NCBI GenBank assembly: GCA_017612595.1
Contig: JAGAFL010000088.1
Coordinates: forward strand, 1 to 54,601
Direction of reading: 5' to 3'
DNA: 54,601 bases
Origin: Erysipelotrichaceae bacterium
GTDB lineage: Bacteria > Bacillota_I > Bacilli_A > Erysipelotrichales > Erysipelotrichaceae
Below the pieces are notes generated by a model, which was not told the DNA's origin, searched no databases, and was given only the letters and a program-made list of their open reading frames with translations. Each line of letters starts with the position of its first letter. Within the stretch, counting starts at the first letter, position 1. A program made the position numbers and the translations under genes. Positions 29,565 to 37,246 of this stretch are shown here, piece after piece.

Positions 29565-30054
29565 AATGAATTCCAAAGATGGCCAGACCGCCGTAAAGGA
29601 CAACGGTCAGGATGATGCCGGCCATGATAACGCCCAGAAGAATGGAGACAAAGCCTTTTTTGGGCTCAAAGCCCAGAATGGTGGAAACCAGCGAACCGCT
29701 CCAGGCGCCGGTTCCCGGGACGGGGATGCCGACGAACATGGTCAGGGCAAAGAATCCGTATTTGGCGACCTTCTCGCTTTTGGCGTTGAGCTTTTCCTCG
29801 TAGCGGGTAAAGAAACCGCCGAAGGTCCTGGTTGTCTTCAGCCACCTGACGATCTTCATGCCGAACAGCAGAAGAAACGGCACCGGCAGCATGTTTGCCA
29901 GGATGCAGATGGGCAGCGCCTTATACCATTCAAAGCCGGTGGCGGCCGCAAAGATCAGGGCTCCTCTTTCCTCAATGAGGGGAATCAGGGAAATCATGAA
30001 CAGGGCAAATTCCCTGGACAGCCCGGAAAAGAAATTGAATATGGCTTCAGTCAT
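29563..30054 (-). CDS. Small polytopic membrane protein (COG2426-type putative small multidrug export protein)
   Basis: A 163-aa hydrophobic protein. The IPLIEERGALI motif recalls the family annotated as small multidrug export protein. Confidence 0.6.
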   Translation of the reverse strand: MTEAIFNFFSGLSREFALFMISLIPLIEERGALIFAAATGFEWYKALPICILANMLPVPFLLLFGMKIVRWLKTTRTFGGFFTRYEEKLNAKSEKVAKYGFFALTMFVGIPVPGTGAWSGSLVSTILGFEPKKGFVSILLGVIMAGIILTVVLYGGLAIFGIH

Positions 30055-30189
30055 AATTGTCTCCTTGCAAGGCGGAAAATCCGCTCAGTTATTGTAGCAC
30101 AAGAAGGGCCAAAAGGGAAAATATCGGAAATAAGACGCCCGAAAGAGACAGAAAGAAGGTATAATGAAATAAAGGAAAAGAGAAAGAAT

Positions 30190-31632
30190 ATGTACGATGT
30201 AATAATTATCGGCGGCGGTGTCGTGGGCAGCGCTGCAGCGTATTATCTGTCTCAGTACGATCTGAAACTGCTGATGCTGGAGGCCTTTAATGACGTTGCG
30301 GACGGGACCACTAAGGCCAACTCTGCCGTCATTCACGCCGGCTATGACCCCAAGCCGGGCAGCCTGATGGCCAAATACAACGTTGAAGGCTCAAAACTGA
30401 CGAAGGAACTGGTTAAGAAGCTGGACGTACCCTATGTCAACGACGGCTCTCTGGTTCTGGCCTTTTCCCCGGAAGATCTGAAAACCCTTAAGGAACTCTA
30501 TGACCGGGGCGTTGCCAACGGGGTTGAGCAGCTGAAACTGCTGAACTATGAGGAAACCAGAGACATTGAGCCGGGCATCTCCGACAACGTCTACGGCTCC
30601 CTTTATGCCGGCACTTCAGCCGTCATTTCGCCCTGGGAATACTGCCTGGCGCTGGCGGAGACAGCCGTAAGAAACGGCATGGACCTGAAGCTGTCCAATG
30701 AAGTAACAGGAATCAGAAAGAACGAAGACGGGACCTTTACGGTTACCACCGTCAAGGGCGAGTATCAGGGCCGCTATGTCATCAATGCCGCCGGCATTTA
30801 CGCCGACAAGGTGCATGAGATGATCGGCAAGAAGGAATTCACCATCACGCCGGTGCGCGGCCAGTATTTCCTGCTGGACAAGTCACAGTACCCCAAGGCA
30901 AAACACACGCTGTTCCAGTGCCCCAGCGAAAGAGGCAAGGGCGTAGCTGTCACTCCGACCGTGCATGGCAACCTCATCGTCGGTCCGGACGCTACCAGAG
31001 TGGACGGCGAAGATCTGGATACCACGGCAGACATCCTCAGCTATGTGCGCGAGACTGCCTCGCTGTCCATCAAGGACATTGACTACCGGGAAAACATCAG
31101 AAACTTCTCCGGCTTAAGAGCGAGAAGCGACCGCGGCGACTTCATCATTGAAGAAAGCCACAGCGTCCCCAACTTCTTCAATCTGGCCGGCATGGCTTCC
31201 CCGGCGCTCAGCTCGGCAGCGGCCATCGGCGTCGTTGCCAAAGACTGGGTGTTATCCAAGCAGGCTTATCCCAAAAAGGAACACTACGTTGACAGCCGCC
31301 GCAAGATCAGGTTCAAGCAGCTGAGCGACGAAGAAAAGAACAGAATAATCAAGGAAGATCCCGCTTACGGACGGATCATCTGCCGCTGTGAAACGGTAAC
31401 GGAGGGAGAGATCAGGGCGACCTTCAAAACGCCGATCCCGCCCCGTTCGATCGACGCGGTCAAGCGCCGTACCAATGCCGGCATGGGCAGATGCCAGGGC
31501 GGTTTCTGCGGGGAAAGAGTAGCCATGATTCTGAAAGAAGAACTGGGACTGGAGTATGACGAGATCCTGCAGGACCGCGAAGGAACCGTGGTCCTGGAAA
31601 AGCAGGCCAAGGAGGATTACGGAAATGTATGA
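30190..31632 (+). CDS. FAD-dependent oxidoreductase (GlpA / glycerol-3-phosphate dehydrogenase-like) with a BFD-like [2Fe-2S] domain
   Basis: I chose the start at ATG 30190 (MYDVIIIGGGVVGSAAAYYLS Rossmann motif). The ORF-track start at 29305 is an antisense run-on over two minus-strand genes. The C-terminal CRCETVTEGEI...GRCQGGFC is a BFD-type Cys cluster. Confidence 0.85.
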   Translation: MYDVIIIGGGVVGSAAAYYLSQYDLKLLMLEAFNDVADGTTKANSAVIHAGYDPKPGSLMAKYNVEGSKLTKELVKKLDVPYVNDGSLVLAFSPEDLKTLKELYDRGVANGVEQLKLLNYEETRDIEPGISDNVYGSLYAGTSAVISPWEYCLALAETAVRNGMDLKLSNEVTGIRKNEDGTFTVTTVKGEYQGRYVINAAGIYADKVHEMIGKKEFTITPVRGQYFLLDKSQYPKAKHTLFQCPSERGKGVAVTPTVHGNLIVGPDATRVDGEDLDTTADILSYVRETASLSIKDIDYRENIRNFSGLRARSDRGDFIIEESHSVPNFFNLAGMASPALSSAAAIGVVAKDWVLSKQAYPKKEHYVDSRRKIRFKQLSDEEKNRIIKEDPAYGRIICRCETVTEGEIRATFKTPIPPRSIDAVKRRTNAGMGRCQGGFCGERVAMILKEELGLEYDEILQDREGTVVLEKQAKEDYGNV

Positions 31633-32878
31633 TCTGATAATCATCGGCGCCGGCCCGGCCGGGCTGTAAGCAGCCGTTTCGGCCTGGCAGGCGGATCTTA
31701 AGAGCATTCTGCTGATCGAAAGAGACCGGGAACTGGGCGGCATTCTCAACCAGTGCATCCATAACGGTTTCGGTCTTCATCTGTTCAAGGAAGAACTTAC
31801 CGGCCCGGAATTTGCGGGCAGGTTCATTGAAATGCTGAAGGACACCGACGTGGAAGTCATGAGCGACACCATGGTGCTGAACATCAGCCCTGACCATGAA
31901 GTCTCCCTGATAAACACGCATGGTTATCAGAAGGTAAAGAGCAAGGCCGTTATCCTGGCCATGGGCTGCCGGGAACGCACCAGAGGGGCGATCGCCATTC
32001 CGGGAAGCCGGGGATCCGGCGTTTATACCGCCGGCACGGCTCAGCGTTACATCAACATGGACGGCTATCTGGTCGGCAAGCGCGTCGTCATTCTGGGCAG
32101 CGGTGACATCGGCCTGATCATGGCCCGCCGCATGACTCTGGAAGGCGCCAAGGTGCTGGCCTGCGTGGAGATCAACCCCTATTCTTCCGGCCTGCAGAGA
32201 AACATCAAGCAGTGTCTGGAAGACTTCAACATTCCGCTGTATCTCTCACATACCATTACCGACATCAAGGGATACCCGAGAGTCAGTCAGGTAGTTGTCT
32301 CCAAGGTCGACGAGAAGTTCCGCCCGATTCCGGGCACGGAAATGACTTTTGACTGCGATACCGTCCTGCTTTCCATCGGTCTGATACCGGAAAACGAGCT
32401 CAGCAAAGCGGCCGGCATCGTCATAGACCCGCGTACCAAAGGCCCGCTGGTCTGGGAGAACATGGAAACGTCGATCGATGGCGTATTCGCCTGCGGAAAC
32501 GTCGTTCAGGTTCACGATCTGGCTGATAACGTGGCTGCCGAAGCCCGCAAGGCGGCCTTGGCGGCTGCCCGCTATGTGCTGGACAACCAGCCGCATACCG
32601 GTGAGCTGACAGTCAGAACCGCCGGTAACGTCACCTATACGGTACCGCAGAGGATCCATCTGCCGGTCACTGACAAGCTGGTGGAGATCTCCTTCCGCAC
32701 CAACCGCGTCTTCGGCAAGTGTACGATCGAAGTCGCCGATAAGGACGACAACGTCATCTGCCGCTTCAAGCGGGAATACATAACCCCGGGTGAGCTGCAG
32801 AAGATCGCCGTTCCCGGCAAGCTGCTGGAAGGCAAGGAAGAATATCTGACCGTCAGGGTCAAGGAGGAACAGGAATGA
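31625..32878 (+). pseudogene. Pyridine-nucleotide/FAD oxidoreductase subunit interrupted by an in-frame TAA at codon 15
   Basis: ATG 31625 overlaps the upstream stop (ATGTATGA). It reads MYDLIIIGAGPAGL, then TAA (31667-31669), then AAVSAWQADLKSILLIERDRELGGILNQCIH... in the same frame through to 32878. The ORF track only recovers the part from Met 31832. Confidence 0.7.
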
Positions 32879-33219
32879 CCGAACTGATTTGTATCGGCTG
32901 CCCGCGAGGCTGCCATCTGAAAGTTGACGAGCAGAACGGTTATGCGGTCAGCGGAAACAGCTGCCCGGTCGGAGCCGAATACGGGAAGAATGAACTGACC
33001 AATCCGACCCGCGTTCTGACCAGCACGGTCAGGATCACCGGTGCGATCCACAGCTGTCTGCCGGTCAAGAGCAGCGGACCGATCAGAAAGGCTCTGCTCA
33101 TGGATGCCGTCCAGGCGCTGAAGGACGTTGAGGTCGCTTCACCGGTCCATAAGGGTGACGTGATCGTCAGAAACATCGTCGGCAGCGGCCAGGACATGCT
33201 GGCATCAAGAGACATGTAG
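32875..33219 (+). CDS. DUF1667-type small Cys-rich protein, third member of the oxidoreductase trio
   Basis: MTELICIGCPRGCHL...GNSCPVG, an ATGA overlap with the upstream gene, and 114 aa. Confidence 0.75.
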   Translation: MTELICIGCPRGCHLKVDEQNGYAVSGNSCPVGAEYGKNELTNPTRVLTSTVRITGAIHSCLPVKSSGPIRKALLMDAVQALKDVEVASPVHKGDVIVRNIVGSGQDMLASRDM

Positions 33220-33220
33220 A

Positions 33221-33252
33221 AAAAGGCTCTGAGCTATGACTCAGAGCCTTTT
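33221..33252. terminator. Bidirectional terminator
   Basis: AAAAGGCTCTGAG...CTCAGAGCCTTTT. The stop codon of the minus-strand riboflavin kinase gene lies in the loop. Confidence 0.7.
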
Positions 33253-33698
33253 GCATTATGAGGCTGCTTGTACTGTGACAGCGTCTGCCGGGCGGCTTCG
33301 CTGTCTTTTTTCAGCTGTTCGGTCAGCTCTTTGACGCTGTCGAACTTTCTGTCTCTGCGGATGAAGTCGATGAAGTTCACCGTAACCAGCTGGCCATAGA
33401 GATCTTCGCTGAAATCGAAGATGTGGGCTTCCAGAGTACGCCGGCTGCCGTCGGAGACGGTGGGGTTGTTGCCGACGTTGGCCATGGCCGGATAGAGCCG
33501 GCCGTCATGGCCGACCAGCGCGCTGTAAACGCCGTTCCCCGGCAGCAGCTGCCGGCCGTAGTTTACGTTGATGGTAGGAAAGCCGATGGTGCGCCCCAGC
33601 TGCCGGCCTCTGACCACCTTGCCGGTGATCTGATAGGCATGGCCCAGCTGACGCATGACCTGGCGGACCCGGCCGTTTCTGATGTCCTTTCTGATCAT
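33234..33698 (-). CDS. Monofunctional riboflavin kinase (RibF C-terminal-domain type)
   Basis: GKVVRGRQLGRTIGFPTINV, LEAHIFDFSEDLYG, FIRRDRKFDSVKELTEQLKKD. It is only 154 aa, so there is no FMN adenylyltransferase domain. Confidence 0.85.
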   Translation of the reverse strand: MIRKDIRNGRVRQVMRQLGHAYQITGKVVRGRQLGRTIGFPTINVNYGRQLLPGNGVYSALVGHDGRLYPAMANVGNNPTVSDGSRRTLEAHIFDFSEDLYGQLVTVNFIDFIRRDRKFDSVKELTEQLKKDSEAARQTLSQYKQPHNAKGSES

Positions 33699-33699
33699 G

Positions 33700-34302
33700 C
33701 TAGTTGCCTTTCAGGATGTGGCTGATGCGCTTGTAGATCAGCATGCAGATGCCGACGTCGATCAGGCCCTTTATCAGAGTAAAGGGAACGTTGAAGATCA
33801 GCAGACACTGGGAAACGCTGGTAACGGAAGGCAGGATGGCCTGATAAGCCTGAAGGACCAGAGCCTCCGGGTAATGGAGAATGCTGTAGTAAAGAGGATA
33901 GATCAGAAACAGGTTGGAAGGAAAGCTGACGGCTGCCATGATGACAGCGCCGAGAATGCCGCCGGCCAGGGCGGTGCCGCGGGTCTTGTGTCTGCGGTAG
34001 ATGAATCCGGCAACGGCGGAAAAAGTGCCGCCGAGGATGAAGTTTGAGAGTTCGCCGACGAAGCCGCTCTGAGAAGCCATCATGTGGATGACGTTCTTCA
34101 GAAGGGAGATGATGATGCCGGCCAGCGGGCCGTAGGCATAGGCGCCGATCAGAGCCGGAAGGTCGCTGAAGTCGAACTTGATGAAGGAAGGCATCAGCGG
34201 AATGGCGAATTCAACGTACTGCAGAATGACGGCCAGGGCGATCAGCAGCGAACAGCCGGTCACATAACGGGTCTTGCTGAGATTGGAATTCTGATTGGTC
34301 AT
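33700..34302 (-). CDS. ribU: ECF-transporter S component for riboflavin (RibU-like)
   Basis: A roughly 200-aa membrane protein with 5-6 TM helices, sitting immediately downstream of an FMN riboswitch. The substrate assignment rests on the riboswitch and the kinase context. Confidence 0.75.
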   Translation of the reverse strand: MTNQNSNLSKTRYVTGCSLLIALAVILQYVEFAIPLMPSFIKFDFSDLPALIGAYAYGPLAGIIISLLKNVIHMMASQSGFVGELSNFILGGTFSAVAGFIYRRHKTRGTALAGGILGAVIMAAVSFPSNLFLIYPLYYSILHYPEALVLQAYQAILPSVTSVSQCLLIFNVPFTLIKGLIDVGICMLIYKRISHILKGN

Positions 34303-34320
34303 ATACGAATACCTCCATGA

Positions 34321-34480
34321 ACAAAAAAGTGCTCCAAAATCTCAGGGCACAGGTAAGAAAACGGTTATCTTTTTCCGTCCGGACTGTTACCGTCGGTTCC
34401 TGAATTGCACAGGATCGGCCGCCAAGCGGTTCGTGGACTGTCACCACCGGTAGAGAATTGCACTCTGCCCCAAAGATTTA
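34321..34480 (-). promoter_or_regulatory. FMN riboswitch (RFN element)
   Basis: The minus strand reads GGGGCAGAGTGCAATTCTCTACCGGTGGTGACAGTCCACGAACC...GATCCTGTGCAATTCAGGAACCGACGGTAACAGTCCGGACGGAAAAAG. This matches the RFN consensus blocks (GGGGCAGGGTGAAATTCCC-ACCGGCGGT... GCCGACGGT-A-AGTCCGGATG). A T-rich expression platform lies before the ribU start. Confidence 0.85.
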
Positions 34481-34538
34481 CCACCTCATCTTATACTTGC
34501 CGGGCAGCACTGTCAAATCGAAAACTTTCTGCAAATAA

Positions 34539-34565
34539 TTAGCACTCAGGTATTGACAGTGCTAA
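34539..34565. promoter_or_regulatory. CIRCE operator 1 (HrcA binding site)
   Basis: TTAGCACTC-AGGTATTGA-CAGTGCTAA compared with the consensus TTAGCACTC-N9-GAGTGCTAA. The -35 TTGACA (34553-34558) lies inside it. Confidence 0.8.
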
Positions 34566-34580
34566 AAGTGGGGCTATAAT
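34553..34580 (+). promoter_or_regulatory. Sigma-A promoter of hsp20
   Basis: TTGACA (34553-34558), a 16-nt spacer, then TATAAT (34575-34580). Confidence 0.7.
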
Positions 34581-34584
34581 ATAA

Positions 34585-34611
34585 TTAGCACTGGGATATA
34601 GAGAGTGCTAA
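34585..34611. promoter_or_regulatory. CIRCE operator 2 (HrcA binding site)
   Basis: TTAGCACTG-GGATATAGA-GAGTGCTAA, immediately downstream of the -10. Confidence 0.85.
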
Positions 34612-34643
34612 AAAGTAAATAACAAGGAAATGGAGTGATTAAG

Positions 34644-35060
34644 ATGTTGAATTATTATTTAAATCCCAGAAAGAGTGCGGACAGAAGTTTCTTTGATGAT
34701 TTCTTCGCACCGACATTCTATCGCGGCAATTTCTCTGGAATGCATACGGACATTACCGAAAAGGAAGACGAATATCTGCTGGAAGTAGAGCTTCCGGGCT
34801 ATAAGAAGGAAGACGTCAAAATCTCCCTGGAAGACGGCTATCTGAAGATCGAAGCCAGCAAGAACACTGAAAACAAGGAAGAGACCAGGAAGTACATCAG
34901 CCGTGAGATCTACCGCGGCTCGATGTCCAGAAGCTTCTATGTCGGTAACATCGATCAGAACAAGGTAAAGGCCAACTTCAATGACGGCATCCTGGAGATC
35001 AGCGTCCCCAAGGACGAATTACCGGAAGAAGACAAGACGAAGTACATTGACATTAAATAG
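34644..35060 (+). CDS. Small heat-shock protein (Hsp20 / alpha-crystallin family)
   Basis: ATG 34644 lies 8 nt after GGAG, whereas the ORF track uses GTG 34635. The alpha-crystallin pattern is TDITEKEDEYLLEVELPGYKKEDVKISLEDGYLKI...FNDGILEISVPK. Confidence 0.9.
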   Translation: MLNYYLNPRKSADRSFFDDFFAPTFYRGNFSGMHTDITEKEDEYLLEVELPGYKKEDVKISLEDGYLKIEASKNTENKEETRKYISREIYRGSMSRSFYVGNIDQNKVKANFNDGILEISVPKDELPEEDKTKYIDIK

Positions 35061-35086
35061 AGTTACCTCCTTTCTTGAAAAGGAAG

Positions 35087-35113
35087 AGCGGCAGGAAAAA
35101 CTGCCGCTTTTCT
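35087..35113 (+). terminator. Rho-independent terminator
   Basis: AGCGGCAG, GAAAAA loop, CTGCCGCT, followed by TTTTCTG. Confidence 0.75.
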
Positions 35114-35186
35114 GTTAAAATATCGGTAAGAGCGCAGGAGAATCGCTTGAATACAAACGGAAAAGAAAGAGTACGGGGAGGCACAA

Positions 35187-35399
35187 ATGGGAATCAACGT
35201 GAATGAACTGACCAGAATAATCCTGCATTTCGCCATGTTTGGCTTCAGCTTCTATGCCCTGAGTTCGCTCGATCTGGGCAAGGTACTTCTGCCGGGCCCC
35301 GGGCGCAGAACAAAGGCCCAGCTTCTGCTGATCCTTCTGTCGCTGGCGCTGGGCTATCTGAGCGCTCAGTTCCTGCTGGCCATCGTGTACCAGCTGTGA
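35187..35399 (+). CDS. Small two-TM membrane protein (DUF1146 / YwzB-like pattern)
   Basis: 70 aa with two hydrophobic helices separated by a basic loop (PGPGRRTKAQ). The LLLILLSLALGYLSAQF pattern is similar to YwzB-type proteins. Confidence 0.55.
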   Translation: MGINVNELTRIILHFAMFGFSFYALSSLDLGKVLLPGPGRRTKAQLLLILLSLALGYLSAQFLLAIVYQL

Positions 35400-35428
35400 A
35401 AATGTGATATAGTAGTTAAGGTGATACC

Positions 35429-36571
35429 ATGAGCGAGATCCTGTATTTTATTTTTCCCACCATTGTTTCCGCAATACTGATCATTCCGGTCCGGATGATC
35501 GCCTTTAAGTTCGGCCTGTATGCCAAGGAAAACAACCGTACTGTTCATCATGGCAACATCCCCCGCATCGGCGGAGTAGCCATCTTCCTGGCCTTTATGG
35601 GCTGTTCGCTGTTCATGCTGAAGGACATCAGGAATTTCACCGGCCTGCTGATCGGCGCCGCCATCATTTTCCTGTTTGGATTCCTGGATGATGCCTTTGA
35701 CCTGAAGCCGATTCTTAAAGTCGTCGGTCAGTTTCTGGCGGCTACGGCAGTGATCTTCGTCGGCAAGGTCGCTCTGACGACCATCAATCTGCCTTTCGGC
35801 ATCGTCCTTGACTTCGACATTCTCAGCTACATTGTTACCTATCTGTGGATCATCGGCATTACCAATGCCGTAAACCTGATCGACGGGCTGGACGGCCTGG
35901 CCGGCGGTTTCAGCATCATCGTTCTTCTGACCATCTGCATGCTCGGCAAGCAGGTCGATCAGACCACGATGATCCCGATCTGCCTCATTCTGGCCGGCAG
36001 TACGATGGGCTTTCTGTTCTACAACTTCCATCCGGCCAAGATCTTCATGGGAGACTGCGGATCACAGCTTCTGGGCTGCATGATCGCTTCCATTTCCCTT
36101 TCCGGTTTCAAGGGAACTACCTTCATTACCCTTTTCATCCCCATTCTGCTGCTGTTCATCCCGATTTCCGACACCTTCCTGGCCATCATCCGCCGCAAGC
36201 TGAGAGGGCAGAAGATCTCCAGTCCGGATAGGGGACACCTGCATCACATGCTGATGAACAACATGCGCCTGGGTCAGGTGGGAGCTGTTCTGGTCATCTA
36301 CTGCGTAACCGCGCTGTTTGGCTTTACTGCCTACCTGTATGTTATCAATCAGAGCGTGGCTCTGTGTGTGCTGGTGATCATCATGATCATGTTTGACATG
36401 TTCATTGAATACACCGGCATGATCTCCCCGAAGTACCGCCCGATCCTCAACCTGCTGGACAAGTTCAGAGCGCAGTTTGACAGCAGCAATCTCAATAGCG
36501 AAGCTGAAGAAGAAGCAGAAAGAGAGATTCAGGAAGCCCGGGAAAAGAGCAAGGAAGAAAGCGAAGGATAA
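35429..36571 (+). CDS. tagO: Polyprenyl-phosphate N-acetylhexosamine-1-phosphate transferase (MraY/WecA/TagO family)
   Basis: GFLDDAFDL, the ITNAVNLIDGLDGLAGG signature, FMGDCGSQLLG, about 10-11 TM helices, and an acidic C-terminal tail. Confidence 0.8.
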   Translation: MSEILYFIFPTIVSAILIIPVRMIAFKFGLYAKENNRTVHHGNIPRIGGVAIFLAFMGCSLFMLKDIRNFTGLLIGAAIIFLFGFLDDAFDLKPILKVVGQFLAATAVIFVGKVALTTINLPFGIVLDFDILSYIVTYLWIIGITNAVNLIDGLDGLAGGFSIIVLLTICMLGKQVDQTTMIPICLILAGSTMGFLFYNFHPAKIFMGDCGSQLLGCMIASISLSGFKGTTFITLFIPILLLFIPISDTFLAIIRRKLRGQKISSPDRGHLHHMLMNNMRLGQVGAVLVIYCVTALFGFTAYLYVINQSVALCVLVIIMIMFDMFIEYTGMISPKYRPILNLLDKFRAQFDSSNLNSEAEEEAEREIQEAREKSKEESEG

Positions 36572-36575
36572 GACA

Positions 36576-36601
36576 AGAGACAGCGATGTCTCTTTTTTTT
36601 T
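36576..36601 (+). terminator. Rho-independent terminator
   Basis: AGAGACA, GCGA loop, TGTCTCT, followed by a T8 run. Confidence 0.75.
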
Positions 36602-36655
36602 CGTCTGTTTTAGGATTTACGGGAAGTCCCGACTAGTCATTAACTGGGAGGGAAC

Positions 36656-37228
36656 ATGGAAATAGAAGACTTATATCTGCAGAAACAGAAGGAAGGGCTG
36701 GCAGGAGAATCACCGATTCTGATGGACGCTCTCGATGATTACCTGGAAACCGTCCGCAGCGAATACGAAAGCATGCCGATCAAGCAGGCGGCGGACACGC
36801 TGATGAGCGACCTCAATTATCAGAACCGCAGTCAGCTGAAATCCTGCCGGAGTTTCGGCATGACCATCAGACCCGGTGATGTCTGTTACATCGACTTCGG
36901 CAGAGCTTACCGGCAGGAAGCCGGATACCAGCATTTCGGGCTGGTCCTCAACGTCTTTGACGCCAAGGCCCTGGTCATTCCCATGACTTCCAGTTTCAGC
37001 GCCTTTCAGAAGGCCTACGACCCGCTGTATAACCCCTATGGGGCAAGACATCTGATGAGACTGGGAAAGGTGGATGGATTATATAAGTATTCGATCCTGT
37101 TTCTGAATGACGGCAAGTTCATAAACACGGCCAGGATCATCGACGTTAAGGGGTATCTGGACACCTCCGGCCGGCTGTTTCAGCAGATCAGGGAGCGCTT
37201 TTTGGTCTGTATTCAAGAGGAGAGTTAA
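36656..37228 (+). CDS. MazF/PemK-fold-like protein with an acidic N-terminal extension of about 75 aa
   Basis: IRPGDVCYIDFGRAYRQEAGYQHFGLVLNVFDAKALVIPMTSS and YKYSILFLNDGKFINTARIID align by eye to EndoA/MazF ([27 protein letters not shown]...AAITAQ; DSVILLEQIRTIDKQRL). An SD GGGAGGGA lies upstream. Confidence 0.55.
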   Translation: MEIEDLYLQKQKEGLAGESPILMDALDDYLETVRSEYESMPIKQAADTLMSDLNYQNRSQLKSCRSFGMTIRPGDVCYIDFGRAYRQEAGYQHFGLVLNVFDAKALVIPMTSSFSAFQKAYDPLYNPYGARHLMRLGKVDGLYKYSILFLNDGKFINTARIIDVKGYLDTSGRLFQQIRERFLVCIQEES

Positions 37229-37246
37229 CTGTGCTAAAATGAAGCC

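Noticed and set aside
29305-30189. A 295-codon N-terminal extension of the FAD oxidoreductase ORF (the ORF track starts it at 29305)
   Set aside because: The extension is antisense to two well-supported minus-strand genes and crosses their terminator and promoter. The Rossmann motif begins right at Met 30190, which is the normal N-terminus for this family.
35845-36231. An alternative-frame 128-aa ORF within tagO
   Set aside because: It lies in the same region as a well-supported MraY-family CDS, and its product is rich in Arg, Pro and His, which is typical of out-of-frame translation.
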